DNA from: Pyrinomonadaceae bacterium | Lineage (GTDB): Bacteria > Acidobacteriota > Blastocatellia > Pyrinomonadales > Pyrinomonadaceae | NCBI GenBank assembly: GCA_013812905.1 | Contig: JACCSP010000201.1 | Span: 1 to 47,181, forward strand | DNA length: 47,181 nucleotides | Direction: 5' to 3' | Made by a program: the position numbers and the translations under genes | Notes under the pieces: generated by a model | The model's input: only the letters and a program-made list of their open reading frames with translations | What the model was told of the DNA's origin: nothing | Databases searched by the model: none | Shown: one piece after another, positions 9,454 to 19,305 of the stretch | How the letters are laid out: every line of letters starts with the position of its first letter | Position numbering within the stretch: position 1 is the first letter of the stretch

Positions 9454-9552
9454 GGTTTACATGACATCGGTGACCGCACAGAACCGAGGAACGGTAGAGG
9501 CAGTGTGAAATGCCAAAAGGGCCTGTATTTGCAGGTTGGGAAGGGATATTTC

Positions 9553-10509
9553 TTAGCGCAGGTTCTTGTCCATGAATTCAATTACCTGGCGATCATATCG
9601 CTCGCCATCTTCACCGGTGGCTGAGGGTAGCTTAAAAGCGGTCAAAGGCAGGTCGGTTTTGACTTCCACAGTTGCCGGGTTCTTAAAGCAACGGGCCAGG
9701 TCGATTGTCGAATCGCGAAGCGCTCCGGCATCCGGTCCCGAGAGCAGCAGAACGCGCGGGGTAGAAAGAGAAGCCGCAATCTGACATACGGGAGTGTTTT
9801 CATAGCGGCCGAGAAAGTAGATATATGTAGCCAGGCTAGCCAGGGCAGGCAGCAGGGGAACGCGCACTCCCAAATCATTCGTAACAGTGGTATGCACCAG
9901 CTCATCGGGATTGCGAGGCACTGAGTCGAGAGCCAGGACGCTAACACTCTGGTCTTGTGCGGTGGCACGTAGGGCAGCGAAAGCGCCCAGCTCAACCCCA
10001 AAAAGTCCCACCTGACCTCCTACCAGGCGATTACCATTCTCCGACTTCTGGGCTCTTAAGAAATCGAGAGCAGCGAGAACGTCGTCTCCCTCGAGAGTTC
10101 CGAATGAAGTCCATTGCACGGGTGGCACTAATCCATGGCCGCGAAGGTCGGGCCAGAGAATGGTGAAGTTAGTGGCCTCGTTTATCTTGACGCCCAGGTT
10201 GAAAAGCCAGGAGCGATCTGCGCCATAGTGATGAAGGAGCACGACAGCAGGCGCACCCTCGGCACCGCGAAGCAACCAGCCCCGCGCGGGTGTATCATCA
10301 CGATTCCTCCAGGTTTGATCAGTAACCTTGAGAGCGGGACCGCTTATTTGAGAAAAGGCCTTCGGCGTAACGAGGTAAGCGCGCCGGGGTGGGCGGGTGA
10401 TCCCCCTGATGATGAAAACAAGCGCTAAAAAGAGCGACGCTGTCACCACCAGTAGGATTGGCAGAAGCGACTTAATAAGCTTCTTCCCTAATCGAGGTCT
10501 GGAGGCCAT
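9553..10509 (-). CDS. Membrane-anchored alpha/beta hydrolase-fold protein with non-canonical nucleophile elbow
   Basis: N-terminal TM helix, RGWLL..PAVVLLHHYG, PDLRGHG, DDVLAALDFL; elbow reads GVELG rather than GxSxG. Start taken at ATG 10509. Confidence 0.75.
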   Translation of the reverse strand: MASRPRLGKKLIKSLLPILLVVTASLFLALVFIIRGITRPPRRAYLVTPKAFSQISGPALKVTDQTWRNRDDTPARGWLLRGAEGAPAVVLLHHYGADRSWLFNLGVKINEATNFTILWPDLRGHGLVPPVQWTSFGTLEGDDVLAALDFLRAQKSENGNRLVGGQVGLFGVELGAFAALRATAQDQSVSVLALDSVPRNPDELVHTTVTNDLGVRVPLLPALASLATYIYFLGRYENTPVCQIAASLSTPRVLLLSGPDAGALRDSTIDLARCFKNPATVEVKTDLPLTAFKLPSATGEDGERYDRQVIEFMDKNLR

Positions 10510-10562
10510 GAGAAGAAGAGGGATGAGTGACGAAATAGGTGCCGGCGTTGCCGGCGAATTTG

Positions 10563-11177
10563 TCAAGTCGTCCCCGCAGCCTGAATGGCATCTCCTTTCC
10601 CGCCGGCCTGTTCGTAATCTTGCGGAGTGTTGATGTTATCAAAAAAATGTTCGGCACCTGATAAATCCTGAAGCTCACCGAAGGATATCCAGCGTGTGCG
10701 GACAAATTGTAACAGGGCGATGGGCCTTCGCTGGCCAAGTTTGATCAATTGGTCTGCCTGGCCCAGACAAGGGTCGGTGCGGTAAAGGGCGGCGAGAGGC
10801 TGCGGGCGCTCGTCTTTCTGTAAGGCCGCCACCGCTTCAAAGTTTTCGCGCAAACCGGCCAAACGAGCGAATAGTCCGGCTGTAACGAAGGGAAGATCGC
10901 AGGCGACAATTAAGGACCAGGGCGACGGGGAGGCGGAAAGCGCGGCGTGAACCCCGCCCAGAGCTCCCCAATTCTCATAAGCGTCGGGGGCAGTGGGCAG
11001 ATTCAGATGTAGTCTCCCCGAATCCTTGCCGACAAGAGTGACTGAGTCTGTTACTGCAAACAGTTCCTCAGCAATTCGTTGAACGAAGGTCCGGCCCTCG
11101 AGCAGCAGGCTTGCCTTGTCAGTTCCCATGCGACTCGATGCGCCACCCACCAGAATTAAACCTGCTATTGAGTCCAT
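10563..11177 (-). CDS. mobA: Molybdenum cofactor guanylyltransferase
   Basis: LILVGGASSRMGTDKA, GALGGVHAAL, VACDLPF, QPLAALY, NINTPQDY. Confidence 0.9.
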   Translation of the reverse strand: MDSIAGLILVGGASSRMGTDKASLLLEGRTFVQRIAEELFAVTDSVTLVGKDSGRLHLNLPTAPDAYENWGALGGVHAALSASPSPWSLIVACDLPFVTAGLFARLAGLRENFEAVAALQKDERPQPLAALYRTDPCLGQADQLIKLGQRRPIALLQFVRTRWISFGELQDLSGAEHFFDNINTPQDYEQAGGKGDAIQAAGTT

Positions 11178-11441
11178 GGAAATAGCAACGCCCCCGACTG
11201 GGACGTTAACATGCGGTAACCAGTGGGCCAAAGCGCAACTGCCCATCCTAGAACGAAGACCCGAGTTTGCGCATCTAAGACCTGACTGCTCAGTTGGTCG
11301 AAAAGTGGACCGCTTGTCGCTTCTGTCTGATCGGTCAACATTCCTTGACCGACTTCATGAGCGAAGCTATAGTCACTTGGGGTGCAGAATCCGTTGTTCG
11401 GATCTCAATTTCCTGTTCTTCACGATATAAGGGGTAGTTTA

Positions 11442-13301
11442 ATGAAGAGATTCCTCGTAATTTTGATGGCGCTTTTTGCTATCTCCATGCCTTCCCGCTC
11501 GGCTTTGGCTCAAAGGCAGGCGACCAGGGACGAAGATCCCCGGTTGTTTGCGCTTGAAAACCTGCGTCCGGGAATGAAGGGAGTGGCACGGACGGTTTTC
11601 TCAGGCACAGAAACGCAGGAGTTTGGGGTAGAGATTTTAGGTGTGTTGCCGGGTTTTCCGGGTCCCCGACAGTCAGCAATAATTGCCCGGCTAAGTGGAT
11701 CGAATGTGGAGAAGACAGGGGTCTTCGCCGGAATGTCTGGTTCGCCAGTCTACGTCGATGGTCGCCTTGTCGGTGCCATAGCTTTTAGTTTCCCGTTTTC
11801 CAAAGAACCGATTGCTGGCATCACACCTATTAAGCAGATGATCGATATCTTTGAGAAGGCCACGGTAGATGAAACCCATAAGCCAAGAGCTCCGCGACTG
11901 GTATCCTTCTCGCAACTGGCCGCAACCGAATGGAAGACCAACCTCCCGAAGCAAGCGGTCACGGCAACTTCGCTAATCGCTCCTGTCTCCGCCGGTTCGC
12001 CCCTGGTTGCTCTGATGGGTCAGCAGATGACGCCGATTGCAACGCCTGTAGTTTTTAGTGGGATTAGTCAGGAATCGCTTTCACTGTTTGCTCCGCAATT
12101 AATGGCCAACGGTTTACTACCGGTTTCCGGCGCAGGTGGTTCGGCAGCAATCACTCCACTCGGTGAAGCGAATGAAAAAACGCTGACACCCGGCACGTCG
12201 GTGAGCGTGCAGCTTGTTCGGGGTGACTATTCGATTGCAGCTTCGGGAACGGTTACTTTCCGCGACGGTAATCGCATCTATGCATTTGGTCATCCGTTTT
12301 TAAGCCTGGGTGCGGCAGACATGCCGATGACCGAAACCTCAGTGGTCACGGTCATCGCCAACGTTAATAACTCTTTCAAGCTATCAGTACCCGGCCAGAT
12401 GATGGGCGCGATTTCGCAGGACCGGGCCGCGGGAGTATTCGGCAGCCTAGGTCGCGCTCCGAAGATGATTCCCGTAAAAATCAATCTGCACACCAGCCGC
12501 GACCGGACCGAAACTTATTCATATGAGGTCGCCAATGATTCATTCCTGACGCCCTTGCTTTTGAACATCACCGTATTCAACACAATCACTTCCAGCGAGC
12601 GGGCGCTGGGCGAATCCACGATCAGCATCAAAGGCGAGGTTAAGGTTAAAGGACAGGAGAATGTGCGGCTGGACCGACGTTTCTCGTCCAGCAACTCAGC
12701 GATGATGGCAGCCGGTTCGGTGGCCACGCCTATCGGGGCACTAATGAGCAGCGGCTTCGACGACGTACAGATTGATGGTGTGACGCTCGACATTTCTTCC
12801 AGCGATACAAAATATGCGGGCACGCTCGAACGCATCGCTCTCGACCGCACTGAAGTACGGCGTGGTGAGCGAGTGGAAATTCAGGCCTACGTGAGAACCG
12901 AAGCCGGAAAGCAATTTGTACAGCGAATTCCCGTGCAGATTCCAGAGGACGCCACACCCGGTCAGTTGCTGGTCTTTGTAGGCGACGGAAGCGCGCTACA
13001 AGAGGGTTTAGCGGCGAAGGCTTTTGTGCCTCAGGATCTAGGCCAGCTAGTTCGAGCGATTAACAAAGTTAAGAAGAGCGACCGTCTTTATGTGAAGCTC
13101 TTCCGGATTACGCCTGGAGCGGTAATTGGCACAGATGAACTGCCAAACCTGCCGCCTTCGGTAGTGGCGACTCTGAACAGCGACAGAACATCGGGCGGCT
13201 ACACTCCGACTGTACTTTCCCCTGTTTATGAAATGGAGCTGCCTCCTGCGGATTTTGTTATCTCAGGCCAGCAGCTTATTGGAATCGACGTGGTGCGATA
13301 G
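11442..13301 (+). CDS. Secreted SpoIVB-like peptidase (S55 family)
   Basis: Signal peptide MKRFLVILMALFAIS; GMSGSP (11730-11747); GTVTF..IYAFGHP (His at 12291). Confidence 0.85.
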   Translation: MKRFLVILMALFAISMPSRSALAQRQATRDEDPRLFALENLRPGMKGVARTVFSGTETQEFGVEILGVLPGFPGPRQSAIIARLSGSNVEKTGVFAGMSGSPVYVDGRLVGAIAFSFPFSKEPIAGITPIKQMIDIFEKATVDETHKPRAPRLVSFSQLAATEWKTNLPKQAVTATSLIAPVSAGSPLVALMGQQMTPIATPVVFSGISQESLSLFAPQLMANGLLPVSGAGGSAAITPLGEANEKTLTPGTSVSVQLVRGDYSIAASGTVTFRDGNRIYAFGHPFLSLGAADMPMTETSVVTVIANVNNSFKLSVPGQMMGAISQDRAAGVFGSLGRAPKMIPVKINLHTSRDRTETYSYEVANDSFLTPLLLNITVFNTITSSERALGESTISIKGEVKVKGQENVRLDRRFSSSNSAMMAAGSVATPIGALMSSGFDDVQIDGVTLDISSSDTKYAGTLERIALDRTEVRRGERVEIQAYVRTEAGKQFVQRIPVQIPEDATPGQLLVFVGDGSALQEGLAAKAFVPQDLGQLVRAINKVKKSDRLYVKLFRITPGAVIGTDELPNLPPSVVATLNSDRTSGGYTPTVLSPVYEMELPPADFVISGQQLIGIDVVR

Positions 13302-13397
13302 TTCTCGCTCTTAACCCAGGGCCCCCGCCAGCCTCGGGCGTTTAACAGTTCAGAGGTTCTAGGCAGCAGATGCGGCTTATGGCCAGTCAATTTCCTT

Positions 13398-13441
13398 GCC
13401 GCCCCTAACCAGCTTAATTGGATTTCCCAAATAGGGGCGGC
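13398..13441. terminator. Hairpin between convergent genes (possible bidirectional terminator, REP-like)
   Basis: 10-bp inverted repeat GCCGCCCCTA / TAGGGGCGGC with a 24-nt loop; no clear U-tract. Confidence 0.4.
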
Positions 13442-13564
13442 GCCCGCTAAGATCTACACTTCTTCTTTCAGTCCTTCTGGTCTGTCCCCTTCAAACGACG
13501 ATCGTACCCGCCTGGACTTTACGGTTAGCTATGAATCGGCTACTCCCGTGCCCGAGTATCAGCG

Positions 13565-14242
13565 TCAACGACATGGAAAAGGGTTCTCGTCTGCCCGTCC
13601 TGACGCGGTTACTTCCCTTCTAATCACGAATATATATCTTCTTTGAGAACCCGGTATGTGTATTTCGGTGCAGATGAGCTTCAGGTTAATGATCTGATCA
13701 CGAAGTCTTTCGCCGCCGAAAAACAAAAGTATGCTCCCCGGCGGTGACCACTTGAGCAAACTCGCTAGCTGCGCTGCGAAGCGATCAAGCGCGCGACAGG
13801 TAATAAAGTTGACTGCCGAGGCCGGGATCTCCTCGAAGCGCTCGGCGATCACCGTCGCCCGTTTGGACACTTCGGCACGGTTAAGCGCCTCGCGCAGAAA
13901 AACCGCTTTCTTCCTAGACGACTCAATGAGCGTGGCGGTGATATCAGGACGAGCAATCAAACATGGAATGATGGGAAGACCAGCGCCCGACCCGACGTCC
14001 GCGATAGTCGCGGCTCGAGGCAGATGTGGAAGCAACATTAACGATTCCAGTACGTGTCTTGTGGCAAACTCCCGAGGAGTGCATGGTGCCACCAGGTGCA
14101 GTCGAGCATTCCAGCTGCTTAGCAGATCATAGTATTCCGACAAGCGCTCGATCGCTTCGACACTGATTCTTACCTGATAGATGCCCGCCTCCGACTCGAG
14201 CGCTTCCTTAAACTCTTTAACTTGTGAGCTGCTTGCAGTCAT
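13565..14242 (-). CDS. rsmG: 16S rRNA m7G527 methyltransferase
   Basis: LLSSWNARLHLV, RHVLESL, DVGSGAGLP, LIESSRKKAVFL, TCRAL. Confidence 0.9.
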   Translation of the reverse strand: MTASSSQVKEFKEALESEAGIYQVRISVEAIERLSEYYDLLSSWNARLHLVAPCTPREFATRHVLESLMLLPHLPRAATIADVGSGAGLPIIPCLIARPDITATLIESSRKKAVFLREALNRAEVSKRATVIAERFEEIPASAVNFITCRALDRFAAQLASLLKWSPPGSILLFFGGERLRDQIINLKLICTEIHIPGSQRRYIFVIRREVTASGRADENPFPCR

Positions 14243-14437
14243 CCGTTCTCCTCAAATGCAGTGTTACCGAAAGTGGGACGCGCAAAGTGCTCCAGCCAGA
14301 GGCAGCAGTAGTCCGACGTTGAGTGATGGCTCTCAAGACACCTTACGATTACCTTTGGTTCCTATTGTCCTTCTGAGTTCTCCTTCGCAAGTGACGCTTA
14401 GTTTGAGCTGTCACGCCCCCACCCAATCTAGCGTTAC

Positions 14438-14507
14438 ACGATCCACGAAGTAACACGAACTGATACTACCTCGACTTCGGATCGATTAGCGTAATTTCGT
14501 GGATCGT
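14438..14507. repeat. Palindromic element, ACGATCCACGAA family
   Basis: Perfect 12-bp inverted repeat ACGATCCACGAA (14438-14449) / TTCGTGGATCGT (14496-14507), with about 10-nt subrepeats. Confidence 0.8.
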
Positions 14508-14660
14508 TTTAAGTCGGTCCGAAATTGCTCAACCAGCAAGAAACTGGGGTGTATATTTCACGGCAGCGAAAAGAAAAGGAAAACGACATTTGGACAGCAT
14601 CCGTTAGCTCCTAGACTTTGCTCCTTACGCCGTTGCGTGAGATTCTTCTGGTCCCAATTA

Positions 14661-16157
14661 ATGAAGGTCAAGGAGACTCTAAACCCCGTAATGGAAGATT
14701 TGGCCGAGCAACACGAACACCTTGGCCGTGCGGTCACACGCATCATTAAAGACTTTGCTGCGGTTCTGGATTCGCGCCCAGTCGCCACCCACGCAATGCC
14801 ATCCGACCTGGAAACGCTTTTCGACGAGGGGCTTCCAGAAACCGGCCTGGGGCTCGACGAAATTCTTGCCCGGTTCACCAGCGACATCTCGGCGCACGCC
14901 ATGAGCGTTTCCAGTCCACGGTACTACGGGCAGTTTAATCCCACGCCGCTGCCCATTGGGGTTTGGGCCGATGCGCTTTGCTCGGCCCTAAACCAAAATG
15001 CCGGAGCCTGGCGCAATGGGCCTACCTCGGCAATGATCGAAGCGCGCGTGATGCGCTGGCTTTGCGATCTAATTGGGTATGGTCCGCGGAGCTTTGGCAC
15101 TCTGGCGAGTGGCGGCTCTGAGGCCAATCTCATAGCCTTGAAATGTGCTCGTGATAACGCCCACGCCGGAGTGACTCACGCGGGGGTTCGTGCGGCGCCG
15201 GGCGATCTTGTTATTTACGCCTCTGATCAATGCCATTATTCAGTTGTCAAGAGTGCAGACATTCTTGGTCTCGGCCGCGAGGGTCTGCGCAAAATACCTA
15301 CGGACGATCGCTTTCATGTCCAGACCGCTTCGCTGCGAGCCGAGATCAAGCGCGACCGCGAAGCGGGGCGGATACCGTGTTGTGTAGTCGGCGTTGCGGG
15401 GGCCACCTCGACCGGAGTTATCGATCCCTTGGCTGAGCTAGCGACGATTGCGCGGGAAAACAGTTGCTGGTTTCATGTTGATGCAGCCTATGGTGGAACC
15501 CTCGCTTTTTCCGACCAACACAAATCCAAGCTGAAAGGTATCGAAGAGGCTAATTCTATAACCTTTGATCCACACAAGTGGCTGTTTGTTCCTTTTGCGT
15601 GCGGGGCCGTGCTGGTACGTGATGGCCCACGGGTGTTGCGCGAGGCCTTCGATATCAGTCCGGAGTATCTCAATGAGGATCGCGGCGGCGCGGACGTCGA
15701 ATACGATTTTTTCCGATACGGTCAGATGGGAACCCGACGGTTTAATTCTCTGAAGTTGTGGATGGCGCTGAAGTTCATGGGCCGAAGGGGATACGAAGAA
15801 GTAATCCAACGGCAGATCGGTTTGACGCAGTATTTGGCGAGCCGCATTGATGAGTTGAGTGAATTCCAGCGGCTGGGACAGATTGAAACGGCAGTATGCT
15901 GTTTCAAGTTTCTGCCCGAAACTGCTCGCCACGCGACCGGGGAAGAACAGGATCTTATACAACTGAGGCTTCAGCAGCAAATCGAGCGAAGCGGCGAAGC
16001 ATTTGTCACAACCACCGTGCTGCATGGCCGGAGGGCGATGCGAGTGAACATAAACAGTTTTCTTACCGAGCGCCGCCACGTCGACGATCTGCTAGAGTTA
16101 TTGAAACGCGAAAGCAAAAGGTTGATGGTGTGCGAAGGTTTGGTTGAAGGGACATAG
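14661..16157 (+). CDS. PLP-dependent group II decarboxylase (aromatic L-amino acid/glutamate/DABA decarboxylase family)
   Basis: SGGSEANLIAL, YASDQCHYSV, AGATSTGVIDPL, WFHVDAAYGG, PLP lysine in DPHKWLF, RRFNSLKLW. Start taken at ATG 14661. Confidence 0.88.
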   Translation: MKVKETLNPVMEDLAEQHEHLGRAVTRIIKDFAAVLDSRPVATHAMPSDLETLFDEGLPETGLGLDEILARFTSDISAHAMSVSSPRYYGQFNPTPLPIGVWADALCSALNQNAGAWRNGPTSAMIEARVMRWLCDLIGYGPRSFGTLASGGSEANLIALKCARDNAHAGVTHAGVRAAPGDLVIYASDQCHYSVVKSADILGLGREGLRKIPTDDRFHVQTASLRAEIKRDREAGRIPCCVVGVAGATSTGVIDPLAELATIARENSCWFHVDAAYGGTLAFSDQHKSKLKGIEEANSITFDPHKWLFVPFACGAVLVRDGPRVLREAFDISPEYLNEDRGGADVEYDFFRYGQMGTRRFNSLKLWMALKFMGRRGYEEVIQRQIGLTQYLASRIDELSEFQRLGQIETAVCCFKFLPETARHATGEEQDLIQLRLQQQIERSGEAFVTTTVLHGRRAMRVNINSFLTERRHVDDLLELLKRESKRLMVCEGLVEGT

Positions 16158-16229
16158 GGTTAAAGGGGAACAGTGTAACGGGAAACCGAAAGACGCATCC
16201 TGTTTCCCCTTTACCCCTTTGCCCTTTTT
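16147..16229. repeat. Octamer-like inverted tandem repeat overlapping the decarboxylase stop
   Basis: AAGGGACATAGGGTTAAAGGGGAACA versus TGTTTCCCCTTTACCCCTTTGCCCTTTT. Confidence 0.6.
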
Positions 16230-16245
16230 CCTCCGGTTAACCACT

Positions 16246-17031
16246 ATGTCCCAGAAAATATTTTCGGACGGAATCTTAAATGACCGGGTTGCTCTAGTCA
16301 CCGGTGGTGGAACGGGAATCACTGGCGGTGTAGCACGTGCACTTGCGGAAGCCGGTGCTCGCGTGGCTCTCGTGAGCCGGAAGATGGAGCATCTGCAGCC
16401 CGCGGCTGACGCCATCAACCAGGTCGGCGGGCAAGCGCTCGCGCTGGCTGCGGACGTTCGCACTCCCGAGGATGTGGAAAAGGCAGTTACTGCGACCGTT
16501 CAGCAGTTTGGCAAAATCGATATCGTGGTCAATGGCGCCGCCGGAAACTTTCTGTGCGCGGCGGAAGAGCTTTCGCCTAACGGCTTTGGAACCGTCGTCG
16601 ACATCGATCTCAAGGGTACGTTCAATGTCTGTCGGGCGGCGTTTGGGGAGCTCAAAAAGAATCGCGGACAGGTTCTAAACATCAGCGCGACGCTTCATTA
16701 TCTCGGCACCCCAATGCAGCTACACGTTTCCGCAGCCAAAGCGGGTGTAGATGCGCTGACCCGAAACCTGGCCGTCGAGTGGGGGCGCTATGGTATTCGG
16801 GTAAATGCCATTGCACCGGGCCCAATCGGTGATACGGAAGGGATGAAGCGACTTGTGCCTGAGCCAATCAAGGAAAAATTGCGGCAAAGGATACCCCTCG
16901 GTCGTTTCGGAGAAATCGCGGATATTGAAAATGCTGCGGTGTTCCTTTGTTCTGACGCAGCTGCCTACATCAATGGAACTGTCCTGGTGGTTGATGGGGG
17001 CCACTGGCTCGCGGCTAACCGTCTGATATGA
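16246..17031 (+). CDS. SDR oxidoreductase, peroxisomal 2,4-dienoyl-CoA reductase (DECR2)-like
   Basis: TGGGTGI, NGAAGNF, LSPNGFGTVVDIDL, HVSAAK (His where classical SDRs have Tyr), VNAIAPGPI. Confidence 0.85.
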   Translation: MSQKIFSDGILNDRVALVTGGGTGITGGVARALAEAGARVALVSRKMEHLQPAADAINQVGGQALALAADVRTPEDVEKAVTATVQQFGKIDIVVNGAAGNFLCAAEELSPNGFGTVVDIDLKGTFNVCRAAFGELKKNRGQVLNISATLHYLGTPMQLHVSAAKAGVDALTRNLAVEWGRYGIRVNAIAPGPIGDTEGMKRLVPEPIKEKLRQRIPLGRFGEIADIENAAVFLCSDAAAYINGTVLVVDGGHWLAANRLI

Positions 17032-18554
17032 TGATCGACCTACAACCCGCATCATTCGAAGACTTTGAACGCGAGGCACGTCAGGGCAACGTTGTGCCGG
17101 TGGTGCGCTCTGTGCTGGCTGACCTGCAAACCCCGGTCGGTGCGTTCATGTGCATCGCCGGTAAATCACTTTATGCTTTCTTGCTCGAATCGGTGGAAGG
17201 TGGCGAACGGATTGCACGTTATTCGTTTCTCGGTGCGGAACCTCAAATGATTGTAAGGGGTCGAGGCTTGCAGACATTCGTTGAGCGAAAGACAAAGACT
17301 GAAACCTATCCCATCGTAGCGACAGATTGGGTGCGCGATTATTTTCGGGAACTAAAGCTGGCTCGGCGTTCAGGCCTAGCGCCTTTCTCCGGCGGCGCTG
17401 TTGGTTATTTGGGCTACGATGCTGCAGCCTGGTTTGAACCCGTCTTGAAAACCGACAAGCAAGACTCGTCAAATACACAGCAGCTTCAGAGCCAGGCCGA
17501 CGCCATCTGGATGTTTTATCGCGACGTAATTGCTTTTGATCGTCTGCGCCAGCGCATGGAGATTGTCTCAATCGTGTTGACGGAAGAGGCGGAAGGCAGC
17601 CGCGCGAAACTGAGAGCTCTCTATGACGAGGCAGTGGGCCGCACAGCGAGGATTGAAAAGAAGCTCCGCAAGGGAATATCGCCTAAGATTTCCCCGCAGC
17701 GTCCCGGCCGGAATGGCGGCATAGAGCCGGAATCCACTTGGACTAGGAGAGGCTTCGAAGCCGGGGTACGTCGCATTCAGGAGCATATAGCAGCCGGGGA
17801 TTGTTACCAGGTTGTACTTTCGCAGCAATTCTCCACGGAGTATAAGGATGACCCCCTCGAGATTTACCGGGCGTTGCGATCCATCAATCCCTCGCCGTAC
17901 ATGTTTTTTCTGCGCCTTGGGGACGAAACGATTGTGGGCGCATCGCCTGAAATGTTGGTTCGCTGCCACGGGCAGCGGTTAGATTACAGGCCGATTGCAG
18001 GAACCCGAAAGCGCGGTTCAACAGAGACCGAGGATTGGATGCTTGGCGAAGACTTGCGAACTAATAAAAAGGAAGTGTCTGAACACACAATGCTCGTCGA
18101 TCTGGGACGGAATGATCTCGGGCGCGTTGCTGACTATGGCTCCGTGAAAGTTGAGGAGTTGATGACAGTTGAGCGGTATTCACATGTGCAGCACCTCGTT
18201 ACCAGCTTGCGCGCCCGTTTGCGAGATGGACTCGATCGTTTCGACGCGTTTGGTTCCTGCTTTCCTGCCGGCACTGTAACTGGCGCACCTAAAATTCGGG
18301 CCATGGAAATCATTCGAGAACTTGAGCCTGAGCGGCGTGGGGTCTATGCGGGGTCGGTTCTCTATTTGGACTACGCGGATAATCTCGACTCCTGCATTGC
18401 GATCCGCACGATTGTTTTGCGCGACGGAAAAGCAATCGTACAAGCCGGGGCGGGCATAGTCGCAGATTCTGTCCCGGAACATGAGTATGCGGAAACCGTA
18501 AACAAAGCACGCGGATTGTTTCGAGCGATTGAACTAGCTGAAAAAGGGTTGTGA
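17028..18554 (+). CDS. trpE: Anthranilate synthase component I
   Basis: DLQTPV, FLLESVEGGE..RYSF, YQVVLSQ, NPSPYMF, GASPEML, RPIAGTRKRG, EHTMLVDLGRND, PAGTVTGAPKIRAM; start overlaps the SDR stop (ATGA). Confidence 0.93.
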   Translation: MMIDLQPASFEDFEREARQGNVVPVVRSVLADLQTPVGAFMCIAGKSLYAFLLESVEGGERIARYSFLGAEPQMIVRGRGLQTFVERKTKTETYPIVATDWVRDYFRELKLARRSGLAPFSGGAVGYLGYDAAAWFEPVLKTDKQDSSNTQQLQSQADAIWMFYRDVIAFDRLRQRMEIVSIVLTEEAEGSRAKLRALYDEAVGRTARIEKKLRKGISPKISPQRPGRNGGIEPESTWTRRGFEAGVRRIQEHIAAGDCYQVVLSQQFSTEYKDDPLEIYRALRSINPSPYMFFLRLGDETIVGASPEMLVRCHGQRLDYRPIAGTRKRGSTETEDWMLGEDLRTNKKEVSEHTMLVDLGRNDLGRVADYGSVKVEELMTVERYSHVQHLVTSLRARLRDGLDRFDAFGSCFPAGTVTGAPKIRAMEIIRELEPERRGVYAGSVLYLDYADNLDSCIAIRTIVLRDGKAIVQAGAGIVADSVPEHEYAETVNKARGLFRAIELAEKGL

Positions 18555-18609
18555 TGAACTCGAAGAATCCTCAACCGTTAAAACATTTGGCTCCTCCGAA
18601 CCAAAAAAC

Positions 18610-19305
18610 TTGCCAAAACAAATAGGAAGATGGCCGGCAGTGATATGCGTGCTTGTCGCGGCCTGTGGCGTGGTGATGTTAGCTGTAGTTTCCTTGGCGC
18701 AGATTCCGGCGCCTGTTCCGCAGTCGCCTACTGACCCCGCGAGAAAAGCCAATGCAAGATCTGGCGCCGCAACGGCGCCGGCAAGAGAACCGTTTGACGG
18801 TGCTTCTATCGAAAAGATGGCCGCGCAATGTGTCGGATTTGAGACCGAGGCGGGGCGAATCGAAATCGAAATGATGCCGGAAGTGGCGCCGGAGAGCGTG
18901 CGAAATTTTCTCAATCTCGCGTCCACTGCCGCATTAGACACCACCACGTTCAGCCGCGTGGTAAAGGGCTTCATAATTCAGGGTGGTAATCTCTCCACAA
19001 GCGAGAAGTGGGGTGTTGAACTATCCAAACGCGCCGCGCGAAAGTTGCCTGACGAACCAGGACTGGTCAAGCACGTGCGGGGAATCGTCTCTATGGCCCG
19101 CACTGACGAACCAAATAGTGCCAGCACGCATTTTTTTATCCTCGTCGGTGACGGTCCGCATCTGAATTCGAAGTTTGCTGCGTTTGGCACAGTACGAAAG
19201 GGGATCGAAGTCGCGGATGCAATCAACGGGGCCCAAACGGAAGGCGAGAAGCCGATTAATGCAGTTCGGATCAACCGCGCCGTCGTTGCCCCGTGTGTGA
19301 AATGA
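18610..19305 (+). CDS. Cyclophilin-type peptidyl-prolyl cis-trans isomerase with signal/TM segment
   Basis: APESVRNFL, FSRVVKGFIIQGG, HVRGIVSMART, NSASTHFFI, HLNSKFAAFG; exact start uncertain. Confidence 0.85.
   Translation: MPKQIGRWPAVICVLVAACGVVMLAVVSLAQIPAPVPQSPTDPARKANARSGAATAPAREPFDGASIEKMAAQCVGFETEAGRIEIEMMPEVAPESVRNFLNLASTAALDTTTFSRVVKGFIIQGGNLSTSEKWGVELSKRAARKLPDEPGLVKHVRGIVSMARTDEPNSASTHFFILVGDGPHLNSKFAAFGTVRKGIEVADAINGAQTEGEKPINAVRINRAVVAPCVK

Noticed and set aside
14499..14660. N-terminal extensions in the ORF track (decarboxylase; likewise SDR 16144, trpF 22238, trpB 26142, cdsA 45989)
   Set aside because: The extensions translate intergenic repeat sequence; downstream starts fit the family N-termini better.
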